Positions 38,521-51,290 of a stretch of 64,000 nt of DNA are shown one piece after another. The position numbers and the translations under genes were made by a program. Source of the DNA: Octopus vulgaris (lineage: Eukaryota); contig OX597817.1 in assembly GCA_951406725.2 (NCBI GenBank), positions 52,204,001 through 52,268,000 on the forward strand. Direction: 5' to 3'. The notes below the pieces were generated by a model, which was not told the DNA's origin, searched no databases, and saw only the letters and a program-made list of their open reading frames with translations. Each line of letters begins with the position of its first letter. The stretch's first letter is position 1.

Positions 38521-39684
38521 TAACAAATTCATGTGTGTGTGTGTTTGCATGCATGTGCAAACACACACACACACATGAATTTGTTACCTTGGACATCATC
38601 ATAGTTTTACGTCCTCCTTCAATGCTGGCATGAGTCGGACGGTTTCACAGGAGCTGACCAGGCAGGAGACTGCACCAAACTTCTGTGTTTGTTTTGGCAG
38701 GGATTTTATGGCTGGTTCTTACAACTTTTATTTGATGCATTGTATACGAGGCCCACATAATGATGCCAGTGGTAATTATAGAAAAGCACATTGTTAAGCA
38801 ACTGGTCGTATCAGTTGATATATTCAAGAAAGAGAGAAATATACTGGTTGTAATAGTAGACATGTGATATGAACAAATAAATGTAAAGTTCTAAATGAAC
38901 AGCACTAACTTAAGTGTTAGAGGTACACTATGGAAAAAAACTCAAGGTAATATATACTACAAAACATAAACACACGCTCACAAACAAAAGAAATCAATGG
39001 TAATGAGATTAGTTTAACTGAAAGAGATTTTATACATGCAACCTTTTAACTTCTGTCCAAATTATATACAAAAATATGAGTGGTAAATATAAATTGGATA
39101 ACAACTATTTCTGGAATGATTTACAGAATGGAATGTGCAAAAGAATTCATGCCTACAATCCTGAGGGTTGTGTGTGTGTGAAAGAGAGAGGGGGAGAGAT
39201 AGAGAGGAATGGGGGGAGAAAGAGAGAGGAAATAAATATTATATAGATTTAAAAAAGGACAAGTAACTCAAGTGCACAATCCCAAAATAAGAGAATGTTT
39301 GTCAAATCAATTCTTGGAAATAGATCTAGGAGAGAGCGGTTTCAAAAATAAACATTTCCCCTCATGTAAATGTTTTCCATTGCCACATGGGGCTGGTGCA
39401 TTATTTAATTGTATTAAACAAGGATTTCATATCCTTCCACTTGAAAAAAGATGTCACTATGTTTCACAGAGGATATTTCCAGCTGATCTACCATCTATTC
39501 CAGACAAGGAGGCTGACACACATATAAGATTATGGTACTTTCCTATTATTGGCAGCCTATTATTTATTGTAGGATTAATAAATAAACTATTACACGCGTG
39601 AGACATGTAATAGTTGATCAGTAGACTTTCAGGATAGCTATCACTACCTTGTGGAGAAGGAAAAGCATCATGAACTAAATCATA

Positions 39685-39727
<43 letters not shown>

Positions 39728-39730
39728 ATA

Positions 39731-39960
39731 AAGGTGGCGAGCTGGCAGACACATTAGCGCACTGGGCGAAATGCTTAGCAGTATTTCGTCTGTCGTTACA
39801 TTCTTAGTTCAAATTCCGCCAAGGTCGACTTTGCCTTTCATCCTTTCGGAGTCAATAAATAAAGTACCAGTTTCGCACTGGGGTTGATGTAATCGACTTA
39901 ATCCTTTTGTCTGTCCTTGTTTGTCCCCTCTATGTTTAGCCCCTTGTGGGCAATAAAGAT
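39731..39960 (+). mobile_element. SINE A full length in a (TA)n tract
   Basis: Family consensus from head to tail. Confidence 0.9.
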
Positions 39961-40299
39961 ATATATATAAATCAGTGTTCAAATAAGCAGCAGCAGCAGT
40001 AGATGTGACTCCAAAAGCTACATCATCCTAATATAATCCATTATATAAGAAAAACTGATGCAACAAACAATAACATTTAAAAAGAGATAATATATTGACA
40101 GGTAACGACTAATTCAGTCCTTGTTGCCCCACTGAGAGAAAATGTACAAGCTAAGGAGCAACACACTTGTGGCCCTAATATATCTGCTGATTATACAGAA
40201 GGGGTTCCAACATTGTGATGGATTCAAAGGAAGAGCATACAATAATACCTCCTAGTAATCTCCAATGATTATTTCACCTACTGGACAGGTTGTACCTTA

Positions 40300-40670
40300 C
40301 TAGCATTATGACCCGGCAATGCCGGGCCATAGTGCTAGTGCATGCATATACATCTGCGTGCGTGTGCACATACACGCGAGTACTGTCCAAATCTCCGACC
40401 AATCACATACAGTTAGCTGGCATTCAATTGGCGTATCAAGTTTCAGGCATTTTGATTGGGTTTTGGATAGAAAATTCACAAAAAAGTCACTTCTATTGAT
40501 TTTTTTTAAACAGCTTTGCAGGGTGACTGGGGAAATGTAAAGATGTGCACGGCCACCTTTGGATGGTTTTGAATGACCATAGAAAGTGTGAGCCCTCTAA
40601 CTGAAAAATTGTGGATTTGTATAAAGGACACACACACAGACAGATATTTTGCTGTTTATATATATAGAGA
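40300..40670 (-). mobile_element. Non-autonomous Helitron, family H1
   Basis: Reverse complement of 1699-2072 with A|TC...CTAG|T termini. Confidence 0.85.
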
Positions 40671-42054
40671 TTATACTCCAGAATATAACATTTAATTTTA
40701 AGTTTTAAAAGGGGATTGCAATCATGTAGCTCTATGTCTAAACAAAGAGGATTTTTTTTTCTTAATTTTGAACTGTTTTGTGACAATATTGTAAAAAAAA
40801 TCATGATTCCAATAAATTTTTAAAATATGAAGAAGTTATTAAAATAACTGTTGTTTATTAAGCTGTCATTTGGAATATAAATTAGCAAGAACATTTAATG
40901 AAAGGTTTTAATCAGGATCACTTTAAAACAGGGAATGTACATCATAGAATTAGATGGGTTGGCATCAAAATGGTTAATATCTTATTATCTCGTTAAACAA
41001 CCAATTAACATTAACAGACAGTTTTGCTGTATTTAATAACACAGGCATGTATCCAAAAATAAAAAATTTACCTCTCCATAGAATTATAAATGCACAACAC
41101 TGAATTTTTCAACTGCATTTAAATATAAGATCTATTAAAGTCAGCAAACACCCGCAATTATGAGAGAGGAAGAAATTTTAAGCAATTTTATAATTAATAA
41201 AACCGATACCAAATCAGCTATGAATTGCAAGTTACAGTAGTATCATAAAACAGTTGATGAACAAATCGTTAATGAATTCAAATCAAGATGTATGAATAAT
41301 TTCTGGAAACCAGAGCATCCACCTTACTTTTCCTTTATAACAACTGTCCTGCAACAATTTAAATTAAATATTAACCACATTAATTTACACGTAATTAAAC
41401 CGCTATTGTCTAGTCTGAGGGAACCATAAGAGGAGTACACAGAAAGGTTCTAAAGCAATGGAATTTATTTTTAAAAATCCAAACAAGCCAACAAGGGAAG
41501 CTTTGCAGGACATTCCACCTGTAAAAGTAGCAACAAATTCCCCTCAAACCTCAATCCAGAGACATCAGATCTAATTCAGAGTACACTATACCTTAATTAA
41601 AAAAAGAGAGAAAGAAAGAAAGAGTAGATAGCAATAATTTACAATCACCAGCCTGCTTGATGAGGGTCCTCAAATGAAACAACAAAACCTCCAAATACTG
41701 GTTACTGATATTTCCTAAACAAATCAACAGTATCTCCAAAGAAGTAAAATAGTGGTGATGAGGTGTCCAGGTGATACCTCAAGGTAATGAGGTGAGAAGT
41801 GAGTTGGAACGGATAAACTAGGAGTGAGTAGGCAGGGTTTTGCAGATACACAGCAGACTTGGTAAAGTTCCTGCATACCAAATTCATAAAGCATTGGTCA
41901 ATCTGGGGCTATAGCAGAAAACACTAAAATGCTGGACAATGAGACTGAAACCAAAAACCACATGGTTGTCAAGCTTTTTAACCATATAGCTATAGACACG
42001 GACAGTAAAGAATTTAGTCTGGCACTACTTTTTCACTATAATATTCCATACACC

Positions 42055-42444
42055 ATCATCATTTAATGTCCGCTTTCCATGCTGGCATGGGGTGGACGGT
42101 TTGACTAAGGATTAGCAAGCCAGATAGCTGCACCAGGCTCCAATCTGATCTGGCAGCGTTTCTACATCTGGATGCTCTTCCTAACGCCAACCACTCCAAG
42201 AGTGTAGTGGGTGCTTTTACGAGCCACCAGCACAAGAGCCAGTCAGGCGGTACTGGCAACGGCCATGCTCAAATGGTGTTTTTTACGTTCCACCTGCGCA
42301 GGAACCAGTCCAGCAGCACCGGCAACGACCTCGCTTGAATGATGTTTTTCACATACCACCAGCACAAGTGCCAGTAAAGCGATGCTGGTAACAATCACGC
42401 TCAAATGGTGCTTTTTACATGCCACCGGCACGGGAGCCAGTCGG
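42055..42444 (-). mobile_element. RTE 3'-end fragment
   Basis: (CAT)n-TTAATGTCCGCTTTCCATGCTGGCATGG... with the same subrepeats. Confidence 0.88.
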
Positions 42445-43196
42445 AAATATTGAATGGAAAATCACAATTTAAATCCTGTAGGGGATATTGAATGTGTGTT
42501 TGTACAGATAAGATGTGTGCAAGCATACATATAACCACCTCTCAACATCTGTATCATGGTCCTCATCTATCAAGCAAGCTGTGTCCCAGTGTATACGAGG
42601 TGCAAAAACAGACAACATATAGCATTCAGATTATTTCGTCAAATGTAATAACTTATTTATTCACATTATTTTAAATTAATAATGCATAATCTCAAAGCTT
42701 TGGGATTTCAATAATGTGATTATATATTTTTAGAATGACACCATCAGGTAGATGTGAGATGCTGGATCTGGCCAATTCAAATATAAAACAGAATATTTGG
42801 CCAGGTATAGCCGTTTTAAATGCTAAAGAGTTAAACTACCTACCAATGGGTTCAATCCATCTCTCATCTCTAAGATTGGAGGCGTCTATGATGTGTAAAC
42901 TATTAACCGTAGCATGTCCAAGGTTTAGTTTTGTCTCCCACATGCTAGAAAATCGGTAGATATTTCTACTAAAGAGTTATTTTAATCTTGTCTCCTTAAA
43001 CAATACAAAGACAATATACATAAAGAAAATAATATCGTACTCTACAGTCCCCGTATATGCATGTTGCCAGAACTGCTAGGCTTTATCATCAGCGAGGATC
43101 ATAGTGCTACTAAAACAAAGGAATGAAGATGCATAAATACATTTACAATCAAACATTTACAGGTCCCGTTTGCAACTGGAATAGTACATCAAATAT

Positions 43197-43426
43197 TTAA
43201 CCATTTCATTACAAACCCGGCTGAAACCGGCTCTGGCTCTGTAGCCCAAATATCTTGTTTCCATAAGTTTTGAATTCAAACTTTCCACCAAACATTAGTC
43301 ATAATTTATGTTCCTAACATTAGCTGAATGATAACTAAGTTATTTTACTAAATTCTTTGTTATATTTAAAATTAATTGAAAGAAACACAGAGCGTCTCAA
43401 AATAAATACAGTAATGAAAGGGTTAA
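43197..43426 (+). mobile_element. TTAA MITE, intact (diverged relatives at ~37116-37324, 40760-40977, 42660-42833, 63330-63515)
   Basis: TTAACCATTTCATTAC...GTAATGAAAGGGTTAA. Confidence 0.88.
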
Positions 43427-43839
43427 AGGTGGAGCCAAAGGATTTACTATGAAGGAATAGGTGGTCACCATTGGATTCAATGGACATCTGTAAAGAAAAA
43501 ATAAATAACTAAGAGTGCTTACAGGCTCTAAACGATCCAACTCTACTCGTCTTGCACACTTAACATTATGAAGTACAGTAAGTAGGATTACATAACAATA
43601 TTCTTAAGAAGTGTAGGTTGTGGTGGCAATTATGGGCCTGTGAGCGTAACTGCAAAATTATGAATGGAATCCTAACACGCTGTCACAATTTTTGGTGCAC
43701 ATCTACATAAATCTTTTATCTTTCACTTGCTTCAGTCATTAGACAAAGGCCATGCTGGGGCACTGCTTTGAAGAATTTTAGTCAACGAATCAACCCCCAG
43801 TGCTTAATTTTTTAAACCTGGTATTTATTTTATAAGTAT

Positions 43840-44053
43840 CGGCGAGCTGGCAGAAATGTTAGCACACCGGACGAAATGCGTAGCCGTATTTCGTCTGCCA
43901 TTACATTCTAAGTTCAAATTCCGCCGAGGTCGACTTTGCCTTTCATCCTTTCGGAGTCAATTAAATAAGTACCAGTTATGCACTGGGGTCGATATAATTG
44001 ACTTAATCCGTTTGTCTGTCCTTGTTTATCCCCTTGTGGGTAGTAAAGAAATA
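43840..44053 (+). mobile_element. SINE A inserted in an older SINE
   Basis: Flanking direct repeat GGTATTTATTTTAT(A/C)AGTATC. Confidence 0.9.
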
Positions 44054-44435
44054 GGTATTTATTTTATCAGTATCTTTTGCTGAACTGCTAAGTTATGAAG
44101 ATGTAAACACACCAACACCGGTTATCAAGCAGTGTTGGGGTACAAACACACACACATACATGTACAATAGACTTCTTTCAGTTTCTAACAAATTAACTTA
44201 CAAGGCATAAGTCAACCTAAGACTACAGTAGAAGACATTTGCTCAAGGTGTTATGCAATGGGACTGAATCCAGAACCATGAGGTTGGGAAGCAAACTTCT
44301 TACCACACAGCCACCGCTGCACCTAAATAAATTGTAAACATGGTTTCATACTTTGTTGTCGTGTTCAGATTTAGTCCAACAGTTAAAGCAAAAACATGAG
44401 CTTTACAAATGTCTGAGACAATATGGAATTATTTT

Positions 44436-44872
44436 CATCATCATCGTTTAACATCCGCTTTCCATGCTAGCATGGATTGGACGGTTTGACTGAGGGCTGG
44501 CAAACCAGATGGCTGCACCAGGCTCCAGTCTTGATCTGGCAGAGTTTCTACAGCTGGATGCCCTTCCTAATGTCAACCACTCCGAGAGTGAGGTGGGTGC
44601 TTTTACGTGCCACCGGCACGGGGGCCAGTCAGGTGGCACTGGCAATGACCTCGCTCAAATCTTTTTACACATGCCAACGGCACAGGTGCCAATAAGACGA
44701 AGCTGTTAATGATCCTGCTCGAATGGTGCCTCTTACATGCCACTGGCACGGAAGCTAGTTAGCCGCTCTGGCAACAATCACGCTCGGATGGTGCTCTTAG
44801 CACCCTACTAGCATGGGGCACAAGTGCCAATAACGCGAAGCTGGTAACGATCACACTCGAATGGTGCCTTTC
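44436..44872 (-). mobile_element. RTE 3'-end fragment
   Basis: (CAT)n tail and near identity to the 37507 copy and to the reverse complement of the 10620 copy. Confidence 0.9.
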
Positions 44873-45420
44873 TCGTAATAAAAATGTTACCTGAAGACTG
44901 CTTTGTTAGCCTACAGTGCTAAGCTGAAATACCACTGACATTGAACAGGGGTTCTCTCGGTGAAGGGGGACCATGCATCTATGCAAATGTATGTGCAGGA
45001 CTGGCCAAAATTCTTTTAAGGAAGACTAGCAGATGCCCATTCATGAAATTCACCAGATGTTTATCCAAAGGAAATGCCACCAAATTGAGCAGATACAGTT
45101 TAACATCAATGTTGTTGCAGGCATTGCTGTCAACATGCAAATCATACTTTTAATGTCCCCTTTTGCCTGCTTGCGTGGGTCAGACAGAGTTTATTGAAGT
45201 AGATTATTTATGACCAGATGCCCTTCCTGTCTCAACCTTTGACTACTTCAAATCAAGGTAATGTTTTCGCAGGGCACTGGAAATAAACAACACTGTATGT
45301 ATGACAGTGGCACTCATTTACATATATGACAGACTTCTTTCAGTTTCTGTCTACCAAATCCACTCACAATGCTTTGTTTAGCCTGGAACTATAGTAGAAG
45401 ACACTCACCCACGGTGCAAA

Positions 45421-45868
45421 TATCCTTTTCTACTATAGGCACAAGGCCTGAAATTTTGGGGGAGGGACTAGTCAATTTGATTGATCCCAGTATGCAACTG
45501 GTACTTAATGTATCAACCTGCCGAAAGGATGAAAGGCAAAGTTGACCTCGGTGGAATTTGAACACAGAACGCAAAGACAGATGAAATACAAAGAATTTCA
45601 CCCAGCATGCTAATGTTTCTTATTTCTTTACTGCCCACAAGGGGCTACACACAGAGGGGACAAACAAGGACAGACAAACAGATTAAGTCAATTATATCGA
45701 CCTCAGTGCTTAACTGGTACTTATTTAATCGATCCCGAAGGGATGAAAGGCAAAGTTGACCTTGGCGGAATTTGAACTCAGAACATAGTGGCAGACAAAA
45801 TACCGTTAAGCATTTCGCCCAATGTGCTAACGTTTCTACCAGATCCCCGCCTTTAATGCTAATGTTTC
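45421..45868 (-). mobile_element. Composite SINE A plus SINE A' (alternative tail)
   Basis: Minus strand: SINE A ...AAAGAAATA|AGAAACATTAGCATGC... then an A' body ending CAAAATTTCAGGCCTTGTGCCTATAGTAGAAAAG. Confidence 0.85.
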
Positions 45869-47777
45869 CAGGCGCAAATATTGTCAAGTAAATAAACAAT
45901 CTAATCCAGATCTCTAACCCCCAACATCAAGATTATTATTCAAATTCCATATAAAAGAAAGGTAATCAGACTAAACACGTCATAACAAAACTAATTACTG
46001 CGCAAAAGGATAAGCTCTATGGCATTTTGTTCGACATTTACCTTTCTGTGACCAGTTTCTAATTATCTTTTTAATATTAAGAGAACGCAGTTAAAAAAAT
46101 GCCTCCTTTGCTATTTATTCTATTTGCCCAAAATGCTATCAATGTACTTGTTCAATTAGTGACATATTTAATATTTACCTGCATATCAAACAAAGACACC
46201 TTTATCTAAATAAAATGTTGGTGAGACCACAAAATGGTTATAAGGTTTCTATTCCATACTTGTGAAACAATGAAAACAAAAATCTATAAGAAGGGTCTTC
46301 ATGTACAACAATGCATTAAATTGATATTTCAAAATTTCAGATTAGAAGCTTAAAACCTGGTGTACACACATATTTATGTGAGTGTACATACGTATGTAAA
46401 GAGAGATAAACAGATAGGTACATACAAAAACAGACAGATACATACAAAGGCAGACGAGCAGACTGACAAGAGATAGATTAGTGTTTCTGAAACTAGGCAA
46501 ATATTAGATATTACTAATACCATTGATTAATAACTTAAAGCTTGATTACGAGCATGTGAAAACAGTGACCAGAGAAGAATTTAGCCAACCATGCATAATT
46601 TCAATACCTTAGCTAAAGAGCCAGTTTAATATCTGCAACAGTATTTTCTCAGATTCACTATTTCCTAAGAGAACCTTACAACCTGTGTTAAGGGTTTCAA
46701 CAAAATCATAAAACTGGTTACTGAGCTATTGTAAAATTTATCTCAAAAAAAAAAAAAAAAGGATCTTTTCAAATTATTACAACTAAGAAAAAATGAAATT
46801 TGCCAGTAGCGATGGGACAGCTGTGTCGATATAGAGTTCACTTTATATGTATGTGGTTTCAGGCTTTAGTACCTGAATGGCCTCAGAGCAACCAATATCT
46901 TGTGAGCGGAGGTGATAGAATTTGTATGGAAGTCTATCATGTGTGTGCATGTATGTTCACATTTGTGCTTCTTGGCGAGAAAAAAAATTCGCTACTGTCA
47001 ACAATTCAAGCACTGGCTTTGTGCTTTCAAAGATGTGTAGAATAAGAGTTCACTTACATGAAAAAACTTGTTATGGGTTAGCAAAAGGAAGGGTATTTAG
47101 CAGTAAAACAAGGGCTCAATAATATATTTGTCTAAGGCAGCTAGCCAGCAGAATCGATAGCATGTCAGACAATATGTTTTGCAGCATTTTGTCCATATTT
47201 ACTTCTGAGTTCAAATGCTGCCGAGGTCAACTGTCTTTCATCCTTCCAGGGTCAATAAAATAAGTACTGATTGAGTACGTGGGGGGGGTCAATGATATTG
47301 ATTTACCCCACCCCCAAATTGCTGGCATTGTGTCAACATTTGAAATCAATAATAAATTTGTCTAATCCATGCTAGTATGGAAAAATATAAAAAACAAACA
47401 ATATATACAAGCATGTATGTATGTGTGTGTGTGTGTGTGTGCATGAATGTTTACATCCTGCAATTAGCATGAAAGTCTTGAACTACAAATGGTGTAGAGT
47501 TTATCATTCCCTGTCAACAAACCATTCTCGAAAACAATGCTTTTGAAGTTGAGTGGAATAAAATAACCCTACTTTAAAATTTCACATAAGCATTAGTGAC
47601 AGGAAAGACCTCAGTATTTTTTCTGCAAAATCCACACTAGCATAGGAAACAATCGTAAAACAAAATAATCAAATTGTATACAATAGATTCAGTATAAACA
47701 AATGGTTAAAAATTTCACTTTACAATTATGAGATTCTGTGTTCGATCCTGATGTATAGCATCCAGGTAACTATTAAC

Positions 47778-48288
47778 CAAAGGTGGGCACTGTTAATTGA
47801 AAAGTTAACTTTGATAGCCACCAATCAGTTAATTATTTCCTAATGTAACAAAAGTTATCAATAAACCTATTTCTTTACTGCCCACAAGGGGCTAAACAGA
47901 GAGAGGACAAACAAGGAGAGACAAACGGATTAAGTCGACCCCAGTGCGTAACTGGTACTTATTTAATCGACCCCAAAAGGATGAAAGGCAAAGTTGACCT
48001 CGGCAGAATTTGAACTCAGAACGTAGTGGCAGACGAAATACCGCTAAGCATTTCGCCCGGCATGCAAACGATTCTGCCAGCTTGCCGCCTTAAAGTTATC
48101 AATAAACCATTAACATTAATTTTTATTATAGAAAAAAAGAAATCAGTTTTGCTCTAAAATCACCTTTAAAAAGTGCCAAAACTATAAAATCTGTTAGCTT
48201 CAACTGAACTGAAGTTAACGGAAGATAAATCATTAATGAAAAGGCTAACTTTGTTAATTAACGATTGACGGTTTGGTGCCCAGGTTTA
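47778..48288. mobile_element. hAT-like MITE interrupted by SINE A
   Basis: CAAAGGTGGGCAC...GTGCCCAGGTTT imperfect TIRs with repeated GTTAA motifs inside. Confidence 0.45.
47868..48091 (-). mobile_element. SINE A full length
   Basis: 17-bp TSD AAAGTTATCAATAAACC (47851-47867 and 48092-48108). Confidence 0.92.
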
Positions 48289-48799
48289 CGTTTAACATTG
48301 CCCCAAGCCAAACCAAGCTTTGCGGGTGAAATCAAGAAGGAACTTATGCAGAAGCCCTGCAGATAGATTGCATGTATAATTCGAAGGTATAGCAACTATA
48401 TCATGCAATGTATCCTGTTGATTCTACCTGTGGGTTACATTAATGTGTGTGTGTGTGTGTGTGTGTAGAACACTCATTCAATGAGCAGATAATTGAAATG
48501 ATCAAACAACTGAATCCTCATCCCAAACCTAATAGAGATCCATTTTCTCCATTATCAGGTTATTAATCTCAGAATAAAGAAATAGCAAGCTTAACTAATA
48601 CAACCCAGTTTTAATTCCCACTTAAGTGCAGGCATAACCGTGTAGTAAGAAGTTTGCTTCCCAAGCACATGGTTTTAGGTTCAGTTCCTTTGCATAGCAC
48701 CTTGGGGGAGTGTCTTCCACCCTAGCTCTGAGAGTCAATCTGGTAGATGGAAACTGAAAGAAGTCCGTCATATATTAGTGTGTGTGTATCTTTGATATC

Positions 48800-49036
48800 T
48801 GTTTCTTTATTACCCACAAGGGGCTAAACATAGAGGGGACAAACAAGGACAGACAAACGGATTAAGTTGATTACATCGACCCCAGTGCATAACTGGTACT
48901 TAATTTATCGACCCCAAAAGGATGAAAGGCAAAGTCGACCTCGGCGGAATTTGAACTCAGAACGTAACAGCAGACGAAATATGGCTACACATTTCACCCG
49001 GTGTGCTAACGTTTCTGCCAGCTCGCCGCCTTTTAT
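48800..49036 (-). mobile_element. SINE A inserted in a family-B SINE
   Basis: TSD GTGTGTGTGTATCTTTGATATC (48778-48799 and 49037-49058). Confidence 0.9.
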
Positions 49037-49517
49037 GTGTGTGTGTATCTTTGATATCGTGTGATAGCCATAAGCAAGTGTCACCCTCATGCAAGCAGTG
49101 TCCTTTGTTTCCAGTCTGCCAGGACATATCAGGTCATGGGGAAATATTACCTTACCTGGAAACAAAACAGACACCTGGTTGTGGAAAATCTGGCTCGTGA
49201 ATATCAATCCAACTCATGCAAGCGTGGAAAAGTGAAGTTAAAACTGTGATGATGACACCTGATAAGTAAATAATAATTCTTTCTATGACAGGCACAAGGC
49301 CTGAAATTTTGAGGGAGAGGGTGAGTCAATTACATGAACTCCATAAAGAAGTAAGACAAAGTTGACCTCAGAATATAAAGACAGATGAAACGCTTAGCAG
49401 CATTTTGTTCAGTGTGTAACAGTTCTGCTAGTTCATCACCTTAATAATAATAATGAGGACTTAGATAATTAAGTATTTTTCTTTCAGCATGGATAAACAG
49501 GAAATAGTAACTGTCAT

Positions 49518-49908
49518 AAGGCGGCGAGCTGGCAGAAACGTTAGCACACAGGGCAAAACGCTTAGCGGTATTTCATCTGTCGCTATGTTCTGAGTTCAAA
49601 TTCCGCCGATGTCAATTTTGCCTTTCATCCTTCCAGGGTCGATGTAATCGACTTAATCCCTTTGTTTGTCCCCTCTATGTTTAGCCCCTTGTGGGCAATA
49701 AAGAAATAAGAAACGTTAGCATGCCAGACGAAATGCTTAGTGGTATTTTGTCTGTCTTTACGTTCCGAGTTCAAATTCCGCCAAGGTTGACTTTACCTTT
49801 CGTCTTTTTGGAGTTGATAAATTAAGTACCAGTTGCATACCGGTGTCAAGCTAATCGACTGGTCCCCACCCCACAAAATTTCAGGCCTTGTGCCTGGAGT
49901 AGAGAAGA
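49518..49908 (+). mobile_element. Composite SINE A plus SINE A'
   Basis: Junction AATAAAGAAATA|AGAAACGTTAGCATGCC at ~49709 and A' tail CAAAATTTCAGGCCTTGTGCCTGGAGTAGAGAAG. Confidence 0.85.
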
Positions 49909-50032
49909 ATAACTGTTGTAATTCTAACATAATGACCATGTCCTACTGATGACAAAATCCCTTGATGTTGATGTTCTACACATGTTGTTTGATAGTTCAA
50001 CTATATCACCAAGAAATAAAAGGAACAGTAGA

Positions 50033-50395
50033 GATGCAGGTGAGGCTGTGTGGTAAGAAGCTTACGTCCCAAGCACATGGTTCTGGGTTCAGTCCCACTG
50101 CATGGTACTTTGGTCGTGTGTCTTCCAGTATAGCCACAAGCCAACCAAAGTCTTGTGAGTGGATTTAATAGATAGAGACTGAAAGAAACCCATCGTGTGT
50201 GTGAGAGTGAAGGATTGTGTCTGTGATGTCTCCTATCACCACTTGACAACCAATGTCGGTGTGCTTACACCCCTGTAACTTAGCAATGCAGCAAAAGAGA
50301 CCAAGAAAATTAAAAGGCTTTAAAAAAAAGTACTAGGGTGGTTGATTCATTCAACTAGTGCTCTATCATGGCCACAATCTAAAGACAAAAGAGTA
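50033..50395 (+). mobile_element. SINE family B
   Basis: Same head and body as the 38091 copy. Confidence 0.85.
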
Positions 50396-50511
50396 GTAAA
50401 TGAGAAACCAAGGTATGTGCTGCTTGCATGTCAGAACTGAACACAGAATGACAGAATTATCCAGTCAATGGAAAAAGGAATGGTGCCATGAAAATGCTGA
50501 ATATCAACTTT

Positions 50512-51290
50512 AATTATTACCTCCACCTTAGCGAAAGCAGCGGTATTGTTTTCAGTTGTGCTTGTATGTTTGTCCATGGACAAGATATCTCAAGAACCGC
50601 TGGATGGATTCAGGTGAAACTTTCAGGGATATTTGGCCTCGTGACTGGCACGAACCAATTAGATTTTGGGATCAATATGGTACCAGACAAGGATTCTGGA
50701 TTATTTTTTCCTGTTTTATTTTTTTTTTTACTCAAGTTTTGAGAGTGGTCAGGTTAATTTTTAGTATTCTCATTTGTAAGAGCGGTTGAGCTTATTTCAG
50801 ATATTCTCATTTTAAAAATCATCTCTGGCTAATTGTTGAGAGGACACTGGTGTTGCGTTGGTGAAGGTTTGCACTCACTGAGTCATCATCATTGTTCGAC
50901 AGCGGTCGAGACAATGGAATTTACTATGTTACGCCAGACTTCACGGTCCATCATAGCGTTACGGAGATCCTGTTGCTGGATGCCTGTATCCCTGGAGATT
51001 ACATCAGGGTAGGAGAGTGTGCGCCCTCAGGTATCGCGAGCAGATGGCTTCCAGGGGAGAAGAGTAGAAATTACCTCGTTTTCAGCTCTACAACAATGTC
51101 CAGCAAACTGGACTCTTCTACCTTTCACAAGAGATGATACAGGTGGTAGTTTCCCATATATTTGTACTTTGGTTGGATGATGCTTCCACTAGAGATTTTG
51201 AGCTCTCATAAGGAGGCGAGTGTAAGTTCCATCCAACCACCTCTCCAGCTTCTTTGATAATGTCCAGGTTTCTGAGTACTCTTGTTTTAT
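50512..51290 (+). mobile_element. Helentron/HINE-like non-autonomous element interrupted by a LINE fragment
   Basis: 5' TTATTACCTCCACCTTAGCG, (TGTC/TGTT)-like tract, 3' TTGGTGAAGGTTTGCACTCACTGAGT...ACTCTTGTTTT with subterminal inverted repeats and a 3' hairpin. Confidence 0.6.
50884..51272 (-). mobile_element. Second copy of RTE-like family 2, inserted in a Helentron-like element
   Basis: Highly similar to 29918-30308. Flanked by CTGAGT (50878-50883 and 51273-51278), which is either a TSD or microhomology. Confidence 0.88.
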
